A DNA stretch of 64,000 nt from Antechinus flavipes (taxonomy: Eukaryota): positions 85,622,001 through 85,686,000 of the forward strand of contig NC_067398.1 of NCBI RefSeq assembly GCF_016432865.1, written 5' to 3'. The translations under genes were made by a program, and so were the position numbers. Within the stretch, counting starts at the first letter, position 1; each line of letters begins with the position of its first letter. Of this stretch, positions 13,489-24,523 are shown piece after piece. The notes under the pieces were generated by a model. That model did not search any database. It was not told where the DNA came from and was given only the letters and a program-made list of their open reading frames with translations.

Positions 13489-13820
13489 ATAAAAGATTTA
13501 GTGGGTCTGAAATAAGAAGTTCGAATGTCAAAATTAAAATATCCAGAATTGAGAAGTCATTTATGGATAAGACATGTATCTAGTTCTGATGGAGAACATG
13601 GAAGAATTGTGGTATTCAAATGGTACCCAACTGTCACTGGTCAGCAGGTTAGGAATTGTTAAGGCACTTCAACTCTAAGTCCACTATTTCCCAGTGAACC
13701 CTTCTCTACCCAATATTAAACAAACAAAAAATAAAGTAAGTGGATCCAAAATACAAGGTTAAGTGCATCCAGCTCTAAGAAGTAGTTCTGACAATATCCA
13801 GAAAGGTTTTTCTCGGGATT

Positions 13821-15011
13821 TTATAACAATTTGGGTTTATAGTTCAACCGGAGGCTGGAGAAGAGCCCAATGTGCCTCACTAAGTTAGGTTCTACTACAT
13901 AGGCCTTCTCATTCTTGTCCTGCAGAAATGAGTAGAGAGCCATGTCCTTGGCAAAGCCACTGCGGCAGGATATCTCGGCCAGATAGTTCACTGTCCTCTG
14001 GGCTGAAGAGGCAGGAAAAAGCATGGCAGGAGTGCAGCACTGTGTGGTGGGGACCACGTTGTAAAGGGCAGGGGACAGCCGCCGAAGCTCTAGCAGATAA
14101 TGCCGGCCCACCAGCTCCACCAGCCCCATGCTGTACAAGGAGAAGAACAGAACAATGCGGTAGTTCAGTACCGGAAGATGAGCAATCTTGATATAAGCCC
14201 AGCCGAACAAGGGCCCCAGGAACATCCCCACACCAAACCACTCCAGAATCCTCATGGGCTCTGGGTTGAAGTAGTGCTGGAGCCTCTCGGGATGATAAAG
14301 CTTCAGATAAAGGGCATTTCTGAGGTGAGGCTCAGAGAATCTAGTTTCCAGGAGGTGTCGTAAAACACTAAAGATCTGCTCTTCAGGAAGGGCATCATCT
14401 TCCACCATCAGGACGTATTCTGGGTTGTAGTTCTGCAGGGACTTCTCCAGGCAATAGGCGTAGTCCTGCTTCTCTTTCTCAAACGTATTCCTGAAGACGG
14501 CCCTGCTAATGTTCGGCCCCTTGCTGCTTGCAAACCGGCTAGTCACAGGGATAAAGTTGGCCAGCAGCTTGGCGTCCTGGTGCCTGGAGTTCCAATCTAC
14601 ATCACACAGAAAGAGCTGGTAACTCTGGCACGGGGGCCCGCACTGCTGAAGGAGGCGATGGAAGCCAGAGGCCACCTGAAGGACATAGTGGAACTCGGGC
14701 TGTCGGTATACTGTAATGATGGTGATGACGAGCCAAGGCCGTGAAGGTGCTTGTCCACCTTGGAGCAGGCTGAAGTTGTGGGCCTGGAGATTCTCGAAGT
14801 AGTGGAGTGCAGCCTCACCCTCCTTCAAGCTCTGCTCCAGGAACTCCTCGCTCATCCGATCCAGGTGCCAGTGGCGGGTGTAGAAGTAAGAGTGCAGGAG
14901 GTGGTGGCAGGTCAGGGGGGCCAAAATGCCAAACGTTACTACTGTCAAGAAGAAGAAATGGAGAGCCGGGCTGGACCAAGAAAGCAGCCTCAGTCTGTGA
15001 AAAATCCACAT
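13821..15011 (-). CDS. PGAP4: Post-GPI attachment to proteins GalNAc transferase 4 (TMEM246), single coding exon, 396 aa
   Basis: Intact ORF with Kozak TCCACC-ATG and an upstream in-frame TAA. N-terminal TM helix, VLMVEDDA motif (EDD at 14394-14402), LYLKLYHPERLQHY, CCTPAMLFP and YVVEPNLVRHIGLFSSL match my recall of mammalian PGAP4; lies next to RNF20 as in human. Confidence 0.97.
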   Translation of the reverse strand: MWIFHRLRLLSWSSPALHFFFLTVVTFGILAPLTCHHLLHSYFYTRHWHLDRMSEEFLEQSLKEGEAALHYFENLQAHNFSLLQGGQAPSRPWLVITIITVYRQPEFHYVLQVASGFHRLLQQCGPPCQSYQLFLCDVDWNSRHQDAKLLANFIPVTSRFASSKGPNISRAVFRNTFEKEKQDYAYCLEKSLQNYNPEYVLMVEDDALPEEQIFSVLRHLLETRFSEPHLRNALYLKLYHPERLQHYFNPEPMRILEWFGVGMFLGPLFGWAYIKIAHLPVLNYRIVLFFSLYSMGLVELVGRHYLLELRRLSPALYNVVPTTQCCTPAMLFPASSAQRTVNYLAEISCRSGFAKDMALYSFLQDKNEKAYVVEPNLVRHIGLFSSLRLNYKPKLL

Positions 15012-15107
15012 GGTGGAAGGAGTGGCTGCTCTGGTTTAGACACGTTTCTGCCGGTCTGAGAAGCATCCAATCACGGAGAAGAGTCACCCTCAGTGAGACT
15101 CAGACCT
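15012..15107 (-). other. PGAP4: 5'UTR part of the PGAP4 coding exon and its splice acceptor
   Basis: Minus strand ctttttcctctttAG|gtctgag; AG at 15107-15106, exon starts at 15105. Confidence 0.85.
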
Positions 15108-15179
15108 AAAGAGGAAAAAGGTAGAGATGGCAGAATGAAATAAAAAAAAAATTTTTTTTGTTTGTTAACTAATTGTTTT

Positions 15180-15505
15180 TTTTTTTTTTTTAAATAATTA
15201 TAACTTTCTATTGACAGAACCCATGCCTGGGTAATTTTTTACAACATTATCCCTTGCACTCACTTCTGTTCTGACTTTTCCTCTCCCTCCCTTCACCCCC
15301 TCCCCCAGATGGCAAGCAGTCCTATACATGTTAAATATGTCACAGTATGTCCTAGATACAATATATGTGTGCAGAACCGAACAGTTCTTTTGTTGCACAG
15401 GAAGAATTGGATTCAGAAGGTAGAAATAACCCAGGAAGAAAAACAAAAATGCAAACAGTTTACATTCATTTCCCAGTGTTCTTTCTTTGGGTGTAGCTGC
15501 TTCTG
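15180..15505 (-). mobile_element. Young L1 3' end in the PGAP4 intron, sense to PGAP4
   Basis: T-tail on + strand plus 3'UTR text closely similar to the copy at 55687-56275. Confidence 0.9.
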
Positions 15506-18449
15506 TCCATCCTTGGAAATCAAAAATTTTTAAAAGAAAAATGTCGATTAAATTCAGAACAAACCATTATACAAGGAAGATTTCAACTCAAATTTGAAAT
15601 TGGGTAGTATATTAATTTTACTATATGGAAAGCTATAATTTAAGTGACTATGTAATTAAATTGGGAGCAAATTACTACATGAAAATAATTAAGCTTTGCC
15701 AAACAGCAAAGGGTGGTATGGGGTGGGGAGGAAATGATGACTGGAAAGAAACGAATTAGTTTAGAAAATAGAAAATAGATAATATAGAAAAGATAGGATG
15801 CTATGGACCAGGATTTTAACAGAAACAAAAACCAAAACAATCAGCACTAACACAGTATTTCTTTAATTAATATTGGTACCTGCTGAAATTTTACAGGCTA
15901 GAAAGGAGGTTGTAGTAATCATTAATCCTATATACTAAGGAAATTATGGAAGAATTTTCACATGGGTCAGTTTGGTTTCTTATCCAAGAGAGGATGACTC
16001 CCAGTCCTAAATCTTAAGTTCCTCTAGGGAAAGTCATATGGGTTCTGGGAAGATATGGGGACCATGTTTCTGAGTTTTATTTTCTTTGCCTTTTTTTCTT
16101 AGTGTTTACTCTTTCCACATCACAGAGATGAAGGGCACAGTACCTCCGCAATTTAGGAAATCCATGTAAACTTTTTTACCCCTCCCCCTTCATACCAAAG
16201 AAGTCAGTTTTTTTTCATTTATTTTATGAGGTGTTTACAATAAACATTTGGAAAATTTGGGTTAAGTTTTTGGTCATAGACTTTCTGTTGTCTGCTGGCT
16301 GTTGTTTCTGGTTTTTGCAAAATTCTCCCAAAATTCTCATTTAATTTTTTATGTCAATATGTTATATATCAAAACCAATATGGGGAAAGTCGTGATGTGG
16401 AAGTTATAATTGTGCTGTGCTTAGGTAGAAGATGATAACTGCAAGTCCCAAGACAGGTCCTTGTTAAGTATTAAGCATGCAGTACCGCTGATAAACTTTG
16501 CAAAATGCTTTTCTTTGCTGAATCTGCAAAATGACATATATAGCGTCAATTATGATATTCTGTAGAATATCCATACCACATGGATTATTTTCAGATTTTT
16601 TTTTTCCTGCATGATACTAGGGAAAAAAGTAAAAGGACAATGTTTATGCTTCCTTGGTCCTCTGGCTTGGAAATGTGGACAATGAACACAAATGCAATTC
16701 AGTGATTTATTTAGGATGGAAAATTTAAATTTGAAGAGATGTGAAGAGAGTATAATGGGGGCATGGCCAATGAGGGCTTCATCTTCAAAACATGCACTAT
16801 GCAAGTATAAGAGATCCTAATGTCTCCTAAAAAATGAGGAGAAACATTAGAAGACTTAAATAAATTGATAGAGTGTAATTGGTAAAACCAGAACAAATTA
16901 TTTAATTACTACAAAATACAAAGAAAACAACTAATAAAAGACAGATGAATTCAGGTTACTTTTATTGATAAATATTATTCCTAGAGGAAATATAGATGAG
17001 GAAATATATATTTTTTTCAACAGAGAAGTGGAAAATCACACATGTAGAATACAAAATATGCTGCCAGATATAGTTCATTGTGTCCATTGATTTGGCTTAA
17101 ATATTTTTCTGCTGCATGGGAACATTTAAAGCAAAGTAAAGGATTTTAAGGAGAAATGACTGTATTTATATAAAAAAATTAAAGAATAAAAATAAAACAC
17201 AGAAGTCTTACCTTAAGCAAGTAATTTAGTCACCTTCCCTTTTATATTCTTTAGATATGAAATGAAATGGAATGCTCTCAATCATTTACACAAGCAATTT
17301 AGAACATAAGATATAAACTCTGAATTTGACTAGAACAAAGGTGTTAACACTAAGTAGAAGCAAATACAAAAATTATATGTGTGATTTCATTAGTATAGAA
17401 AACTCTTGGGGAAGAAACCTCTTTTAGTAATTCAGGTTGGCAGATTCATAATGCAGGATTTTTAGAATTGCTTAGAGGTTAAATTATGTGGCCCAGGTGA
17501 GATCTGAGCCAAACTTTTCCTGAATTTTCCCTGGCCATACTCCCTCTCATCTATAAATACTTGAAATGTTACTAATGCTCTCATTTACGTAAACTTGACA
17601 TTTAATAGGCCCTTTCTCCTCAATAGAACCTTGGGAAGTAGGTACATATATTCTCATCTTCTTTTTTACAAATGAAGAAAGAAAGTGAGACCCTGAGAAA
17701 TTAAACAAATTGCCCACGAGCATAAAGGCTAGCAATTGGCCAAGACTAGAACTCAAGCCCACATCTTCTGGATTCTGGTTCTGATTTCTCCATCTGGCCT
17801 CTCCAGACCTGAGACTCAATGTCTTGGTCAATGAACAGCTGACCAGAAACCCTGAGAATTTTCCCCTCCCAGATTCATTTATTTATTCAATGGCTACCTA
17901 GCTTTAATCACTTGAATGGATTAGTCAAACAGAGCTATTGAAGACTTTACCTTAAAAAGGCCATAATCTTCCATTGAATCCAGGGACATCTCCAGTTGTC
18001 CTGATCTATATCTGGCCACTGGACCCGAAGGGTTCTGGAGGAGAAACTGAAGCAAGTGCCCTTATACATTCTTTCCTCACTGAAATCCAATTTAGCTACA
18101 TGTCATGGCATCCTCTCTCTGATCTCATGATCCTCTTTGAGATCAAAGGACAAAACAATAGTCATTCCCAGAGTAAAGTAAAAACCCAGAACTTTAAAAA
18201 CAAAATTCATGCTAGAATTCTGGGTCCCTTTACAATCAAGTAGACTTTGAAAACAGTGATGGTATGAAGAAGCAATGAGCTCACAGATCATTGGCTGAAG
18301 GCCTGCAGGAAAACAGGATAACAAGTTTACTCCTCTTCCCAGGAAGGTTCTCTGACTTGCTGACAAACACAAATGCAAGGTAGTCACATAACTCCCAAAG
18401 CTAAGAACTTATTTGCTGACAAGAGTCCAACAGTAATTGTTCTCTGAAG

Positions 18450-18751
18450 CAGGGGTTCTCAAACTTTTTGGTTTTGGGACCCTTTAACACTCTTAAAATT
18501 ATTAAAAGATCCTAAAGAGTTTTTTGCTTATGTGAGATATATAAACATATACACACAAATACACATGTGTGTATATACATACACATATATTTATATAGGA
18601 TAAATATACATATGGTAAATATATAGATATACATACACACACACACAGAAATTAAAACACAGAATTACTATGAAAATAGTTTGATCTTGTAGACCTCCTG
18701 AAAGAGTCTGTGATTTTTAGGGGTCCCCAAACCAAACACTGAGAACCTTTG
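18450..18751. mobile_element. Charlie1-derived hAT MITE with central (TA/CA)n expansion
   Basis: Ends CAGGGGTTCTCAAACTTTTTGG...TGAGAACCTTTG resemble the Charlie1 termini I recall; degenerate 8-bp TSD CTCTGAAG / CTCTATAC. Confidence 0.8.
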
Positions 18752-19628
18752 CTCTATACTACAATAAGTGACAGAAAGAAATGGATTGCTCTATTAAAAA
18801 AATTAGTAGACACAATAGACTGTTTTTGAAATGCAATGATAAGACACCTTGAAGACAGTTACCCATTTGTGTTTAATGGTGGCCATCTCTAGGGTTGGAG
18901 TAAGAGTGAGATAGAGTAAGGGAAGAAAAAAAATTTACATGATAACTTTGTTGTATATAAAAAGAAATAGCAAGTTGTACATAGTAGATTTGAAGTTTCA
19001 TGTGCAATCATCTTTTTTTATTATACTATGTTATAGAAATGTATATTTTATACCATAAATTAAAAAAAACAAAACAAAATTTTAAATAGCAAATAGGAAA
19101 TGCATCTTACTTAATTTCTGTATCTCTCCCAACATGTATCACAATGGTAATAAGACAAGTACAAATAAAATTTTGTTTTGGGTGCAAGGCATGAAAAATT
19201 GTTTTCCACAAGAAGATTCTCAAAAGAATATAGAAGGGTCTGAAATGAATTTTTAAAAAGGATTTAGTTTCATTAGATGGAGATGAGGTGTTCTATGTCT
19301 GTGGGAGTATACTGGTATTCAATAAAATGTCACTGAAGTTGCTGATCTAAAATATCAACATTTTATTTTAAAAAATCAACAAAAAATTCATATTGCAATT
19401 ATTTCTGTTGTTTAGCTTTTCCTCTATTCATGTTTATAGGAACCGTTGGCTCTATTTCAGGATAACCAATCATGCAGAGGGAGGAAGTAATTTTTCTTTT
19501 AACAAAACCTATTAATTCTGGCATTTACTGCATTTCCCCCTACTATACTTTTATTACAATTGAATTATATTACTACTACTAGCAACTCCCCAATTTTATC
19601 CTCAACTTCCTTCAAATAAGTCATTCTC

Positions 19629-20723
19629 TGTAATATTCTTTCTAAAATGTAAGGTTCTCTGTTGAGGTTTTCTTGGGTCTCTGGAGGCAGCCTTCCTTTC
19701 AGTTCAGAGTATTCACCACATGAGTGCAGCCAGGTGTTAAAGTCCAAATCCTTTATTATCTCTTTCAAAGTCTTGTCTCCTTCACTTGGGGCTCGGCTAG
19801 TTTTCTGGAGGCCTTCCAGAGTCTTTGGAGAAGTGAAGGAGGAGAGCCTGCCAGCAAGGTGGTGTGAGATGAAGTGAATGAATCTAAGTCCAAGGACTTG
19901 TGCTCCAGCCTTCTGTCCACTTGTCTGAATCTCTGAATCTCCCTGGCTAAGGCTTCTACCTTATATGCTACACACTGAGTACAAACCAATCATTATATCA
20001 CTAGAAAACTCTTAGGATTCTTACAAGGTGCTAATTAAGTGGAACTGAGGAGACAGTGATTAAATCTAGTTTAGCATTGATTTAATCCTACAACAAATAA
20101 TGGTTTCATAATGATATAATGATTGGTGTATATTCAGTGTGGGATATAGATGGAGGAATTCTCAGGGCCAGAGAGGACAAGTGCACTAGAAGCGCTTGGA
20201 GGCTGAGACAGATTTATTCCATCTTCCATCTATATGTTGGCTGGCGGCTGAAGCTGGCAGAGGCAAAGGACTAGTGACGGGAGCTCTTGGAACCAAGGAG
20301 AAAGGTCTCTAAGAAAACTAACCGGGCCCAAGGAAGGAGACAAGACTTGGAAAGAGACAATAAAGGATTTGGACTTTTAACTCCTGGCTGCATTTAGGGT
20401 GATTACAAGAAACTGAAACAAAGGTAGCTCCCAGAAGTCCCCCAAGAAACCTGCTCCCAGAGAAGATTATAATTTAGAGAAGAATATTACAGGAAGCCAT
20501 TATTTGTTGTAGAATTAAATCAATGCTAAACTAGACTTAACCATTGCCTCCTAAATTCCACTTAATACCTTGTTTCAAGTTCTGGCCCGTTACATCTCCT
20601 TGTAGGATTAAATCAATCATACTGAACTATGCTAAATTAGATAACTATTGTCTCTATCAATTCCACTGACTTAGTACCTTGTAAGAATCCTTTGTTTCAA
20701 GTTCAGAGTTCTGGCCCATAACA
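19629..20723 (-). mobile_element. Solo ERV LTR (class II-like), split by a nested LTR
   Basis: TG...CA termini; perfect 6-bp TSD ATTCTC at 19623-19628 and 20724-20729; AATAAA on - strand at 19752-19757; TATA-like motif at about 19961-19966. Confidence 0.9.
20010..20491 (+). mobile_element. Solo LTR of a related family inserted in opposite orientation into the previous LTR
   Basis: Begins TC(TG)TTAGGATTCTTACAAGG, has AATAAA at about 20360, ends TTACA; degenerate 6-bp TSD GAAAAC (20004-20009) / GGAAGC (20492-20497); reverse-complement similarity to both flanks. Confidence 0.85.
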
Positions 20724-20848
20724 ATTCTCTCTATCTGAAACAGATTCCCTTCAAGTTCTATCTCCTGAAATCCCTCTCTGGGTGCTTTGTTGCTTCTATG
20801 CTTTCTAGCGATGAATCCTACACAGACATATACCACACGTCTCTCTTC

Positions 20849-20886
<38 letters not shown>

Positions 20887-21194
20887 CACACGTGTGTGCA
20901 TGCACATGAAACATCCCACTTTCATCTCCATCTGTTGAAACCCATCCTTCTTTCAAAACTCAGGTCAGAGCTTTCTGTATTAACTCTTATACAAAACTTC
21001 CAGTTGAAAACAACCCTTTCTGCCTCATACTCAACAAAAAATTTTCTTTTTGGCCTAGTTTTATATAACAATTATTTGATTATTATATGAATAGAAATCA
21101 ATAGAAAATAACATTCTAATTTGAATTAAAGTGTTTATATGTCATGTATAAACTTATGGTTGTTAATAGTACCACTAGGTTGCAAATTTAATGA

Positions 21195-21960
21195 AATCAG
21201 TCAATCAAACAAGTATATTTATGAAGCACTTAATATGCACAGACATTGTGCTATGTACTGAGACACTAAGAAATGCAAAAATATGATCTCTGTCCTCAAG
21301 GAGCTTCACATTCTAATGAGGGAGACAACATGCAAACAAGATATAAAGTATAAATGGAAGGTCATCTCAGGGGAAGGGACTAGCAGAAGATGAACTTTTG
21401 CAGAAGATGAGATTTGAGGTGAAGGTAGCTAGGAAGAAGAGGCTAGGGCAGAGGGAAGGTGAGATACAATGTTCCAGGCAATGGACAGTGGGTGCCAAGG
21501 CACAGTGCTAGGACTATCATGATGAACATCAATAAAGTCATATTTTGGGATGAGAATAGGTAGAGGAGAGTCAAGTGTGAGAGGCCTCAAAAGGTAGTAA
21601 AAGTCAGGTTGCAAAGGGCTTTGAATACCAAACAGAGCATTTTATATCAGATCTTGGAGGGAATAAGGAGTCAGTGAAGTTTTCTGAATGGGGGTAACAC
21701 AGTAATATCTGAACTTTAGAAAATCATATTGGTGACTGAATTAAGGATGGATTGGAGTGGGGAGACACTTGAGATGGGAAGACTGGTTAGTCTGTTGTAA
21801 TAGATTATTAAATATGAGATGATGAGGCTTTTACCAAGGTAATGGCCATGTGAGAGAAAGGAATGTATGTAGAGGATGCTGTGGAGGCAAAAATGACAAT
21901 ACCTGCCAATAAACTGGCTGTGTGGGGAGGGAGTCAGGGAGAAGTAGAGGATAACATCAA
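21195..21960 (-). mobile_element. L2 3' fragment
   Basis: tcaatcaaacaagtat..gcacttaatatgc..cattgtgct...cctcaaggagcttcacattcta, the antisense of the L2 tail. Confidence 0.7.
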
Positions 21961-22476
21961 GACTGCCCCAGAAGGGAATGAGGGGTATGCGGGAAAAGTG
22001 CAGCTTTGGTTCAATGGTTCAGGAACTCCCAGGTGAAGAAACTCCCTGGTCAAAGGCATGTCAACACCAGTCCTAGTCTACAGCATTCAGAGGTGAAGTG
22101 TTCTACCCAGGGTCACACAGGCAGTATGACCTCGCTGCTAGCTTCAGGGCCCACTCTCCATCCACTATTCCATGCTGTCTCTTTGACTGGAAACATCTGC
22201 CTCCCTTTTCAGGTCATCCACTGCCTCTAATTCTGTCTTTTGGAGCTCTCCAAAGCAATTTTATTCTGTTCTACTGCAGTGGTCAAGTAGGGCATGCATA
22301 GCCCCAATACATAAAAGACCCCCGAGTGGGCCTGCAAAGAAAACACCAAAACTGATGACGGCAGCCCTACATTCTAACTGCCTGGACCTGGGGCAAATTT
22401 GTGTGTCAGAAAACAGAAATTTAAAATGTATATCATCAATCTTGACAATATATTTTTTTTAGAAAATGCATCCTGA

Positions 22477-22619
22477 GATGATGCAGTGGATACAGCACCA
22501 GCCCTAAAGTAAGGAGGATTTGAGATCAAATCCAGTCTCAGACATTTAACACTTACTAGCTTTGTGACATGGGCAAGTCACTTAACCCCAAATGCCTCAA
22601 AAAACAAGAAGAAAAAAAA
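22477..22619 (+). mobile_element. Short tRNA-derived SINE (WSINE1-like) with 16-bp TSD
   Basis: TSD agaaaatgcatcctga at 22461-22476 and 22620-22635; B-box-like core; A-tail. Confidence 0.9.
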
Positions 22620-22624
22620 AGAAA

Positions 22625-22771
22625 ATGCATCCTGAAAATCATTTGATCTTCAATTTAGCCATTTCTATATTTAGGGAAATTATTTATTAACTATAGGAAC
22701 CATTTCCTTCTTGCTTTGATTCCTAATGCTCTTCTTTTATAAAAACCATCTGCTGAACCCTGGCATTTGTT
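22625..22771. repeat. Copy A of a 147-bp local direct duplication
   Basis: Manual alignment to 24258-24404 shows 8 substitutions and no indels. Confidence 0.95.
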
Positions 22772-22920
22772 CTTTTTTTTTTTTTTTTTTTGCTGAGGCA
22801 ATTGGGGTTAAGTGACTTGCCTAGGGTCACACAGCTAGACAATGTCTGAGATCAGATTTGAACTCAGGTCCTCCTGACTTCAGGGCTGGTGCTCTATCCA
22901 CTGCGCCACCTAGCTGCCCC
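22772..22920 (-). mobile_element. WSINE1-like SINE with 12-bp TSD
   Basis: TSD ctggcatttgtt at 22760-22771 and 22921-22932; poly-T on + strand; nearly intact head GGGGCAGCTAGGTGGCGCAGTGGATAGAGC. Confidence 0.92.
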
Positions 22921-24257
22921 CTGGCATTTGTTTTAAAGACTTCTTTTACCTAAAGTTAAAATAGTAAAAAATTTGACCTTTAGATCAAGGACTCAGCTGA
23001 AATAAAACGCTCACAACTACTTAGTATGTTACATCACAGATGAACTGAGAAAAGTAGCTTCTCTTGTAAGCTATCCTGAAATGAAATGCAGAAAGAAAGG
23101 GGGAAACAAACAGACAAAAGGAAAGCTTAAAATAATTGAAGGAAGTTTTGCTTTAGGTTTCTTTCTCTAATTTTATCTAAACATCCCTATCTAAACATCA
23201 ATAAGCTAAGAAACAGCCAAAGGAAAGCAATCAGCAATGGGAAGGATTACAGATTCATGCTACATAAGAAATGATTATATGTAAGTCAGGATATTTAACT
23301 TGAAAAAGAAATTACTAGGGGATACATGATCTTTTTTTCCAAGTATTTAAAAGGAGGAGAATGAGATATATTCTGTTTAGCCTTGAAATGGAACAAGGAA
23401 CAATGGGTAAAATTTGCAAAGAGAGAAATTTAGGCTTACAGGACAGAACTTCTAAATAATTAGAGCTAGTTAAGAATGGGGCTACCTCAGGAGGAAAGTC
23501 TTTCCCTCATTGGAAGATGGTTAAGCTAGACCTGTGGCCTGGTAAATGAACAAGGGATGGATTTCTAAGGTCCCTTTCAGCTGAGATTCTGTGGTTGCTG
23601 ATCAAAAATATTCAAATAAAAATACTGAGACATCTCAGGAAAGTAAAGAACCACATTGCACGTATGATAATTGTGGAACTATGTATAGAAGAACTGCATG
23701 TTAAACACGCTGGATTACTTGTCGCCTAGGGGAGGTGGGACAGAAAAGGGAAGGGGAGATAAAATTTTGGAACATAAGATTTTGCAAGGATGAATGTTGA
23801 AAATTACCTATGTATATGTTTTGAAAATAAAAAGCTTTAATTTTAAAAAAAGCAAAGAACATTGCACAATCAATCGAATATTAAGTACCTATCATAAGGT
23901 GCCTGGCACTGAGCTAAGCACAGAAGATATAAGTACAGAGAATTCCTAACCTGCAAAGAGATGTGATACAATACTAATGAGGTGATATTTTCCCCTATTA
24001 TTTTATACTCTATTTCTCAAGATTGTTAATATGGTGGGAAATCTGGCCTTATTAAAGTTTTATTCATTGAATATGAATGCACAAAGATAATCAAATTGTA
24101 TCAGAGACATACCACTGTAACCTGCATAACCTGTATCTGCCTGTTATTCAACAGATCTTGTTATGATTAGTCAAAAGACTACATAGTCCAATCTCTGCAA
24201 TAAGTTGTTCTGAATACCAGGCAATATTTCTGATTATCTATAAGGGAAAAGAAAAGT

Positions 24258-24404
24258 ATGCATCCTGAAAGTCATTTGATCTTCAATTTAGTCACTTCTA
24301 TATTTAGGGAAATTATTTATTGACTACAGGAACCATTTCCTTCTTGCTTTGATCCCTTATGCACTTCTTTTATAAAAACCATCTGCTGAACCCTGGCATT
24401 TGTT
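24258..24404. repeat. Copy B of the 147-bp local direct duplication
   Basis: About 95% identical to 22625-22771 by manual count. Confidence 0.95.
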
Positions 24405-24489
24405 TGTTTGTATGATATGATAAGTTTAGGACTTTTCTGTCTTCAAGGACCATAATTAATACAGTCTAAGCAAACCCTGTCATACTCAC

Positions 24490-24523
24490 CATGATTTGAT
24501 TCAGCCACTCTCCCATTTATAAT
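24490..24523 (-). other. PGAP4: Predicted 34-nt 5'UTR cassette exon of PGAP4
   Basis: Minus strand: branch-like CTTAAT, tttttttttCAG acceptor (AG 24525-24524), 34-nt body, ATG|GTGAGTAT donor (GT 24489-24488). Confidence 0.6.

Noticed and set aside
13909-15109. Several overlapping plus-strand and alternate-frame ORFs over PGAP4
   Set aside because: Shadow ORFs of a GC-rich coding exon
17212-17329. Possible 118-nt minus-strand cassette exon (tttgttctAG ... AAG|GTAAGA)
   Set aside because: Donor derives from a MIR-like remnant, the body is very AT-rich and the tract is short; much weaker than the 24490-24523 candidate
19565-19989. ORFs of 67-74 aa that superficially resembled L1 ORF1
   Set aside because: They fall entirely within the outer solo LTR; non-coding
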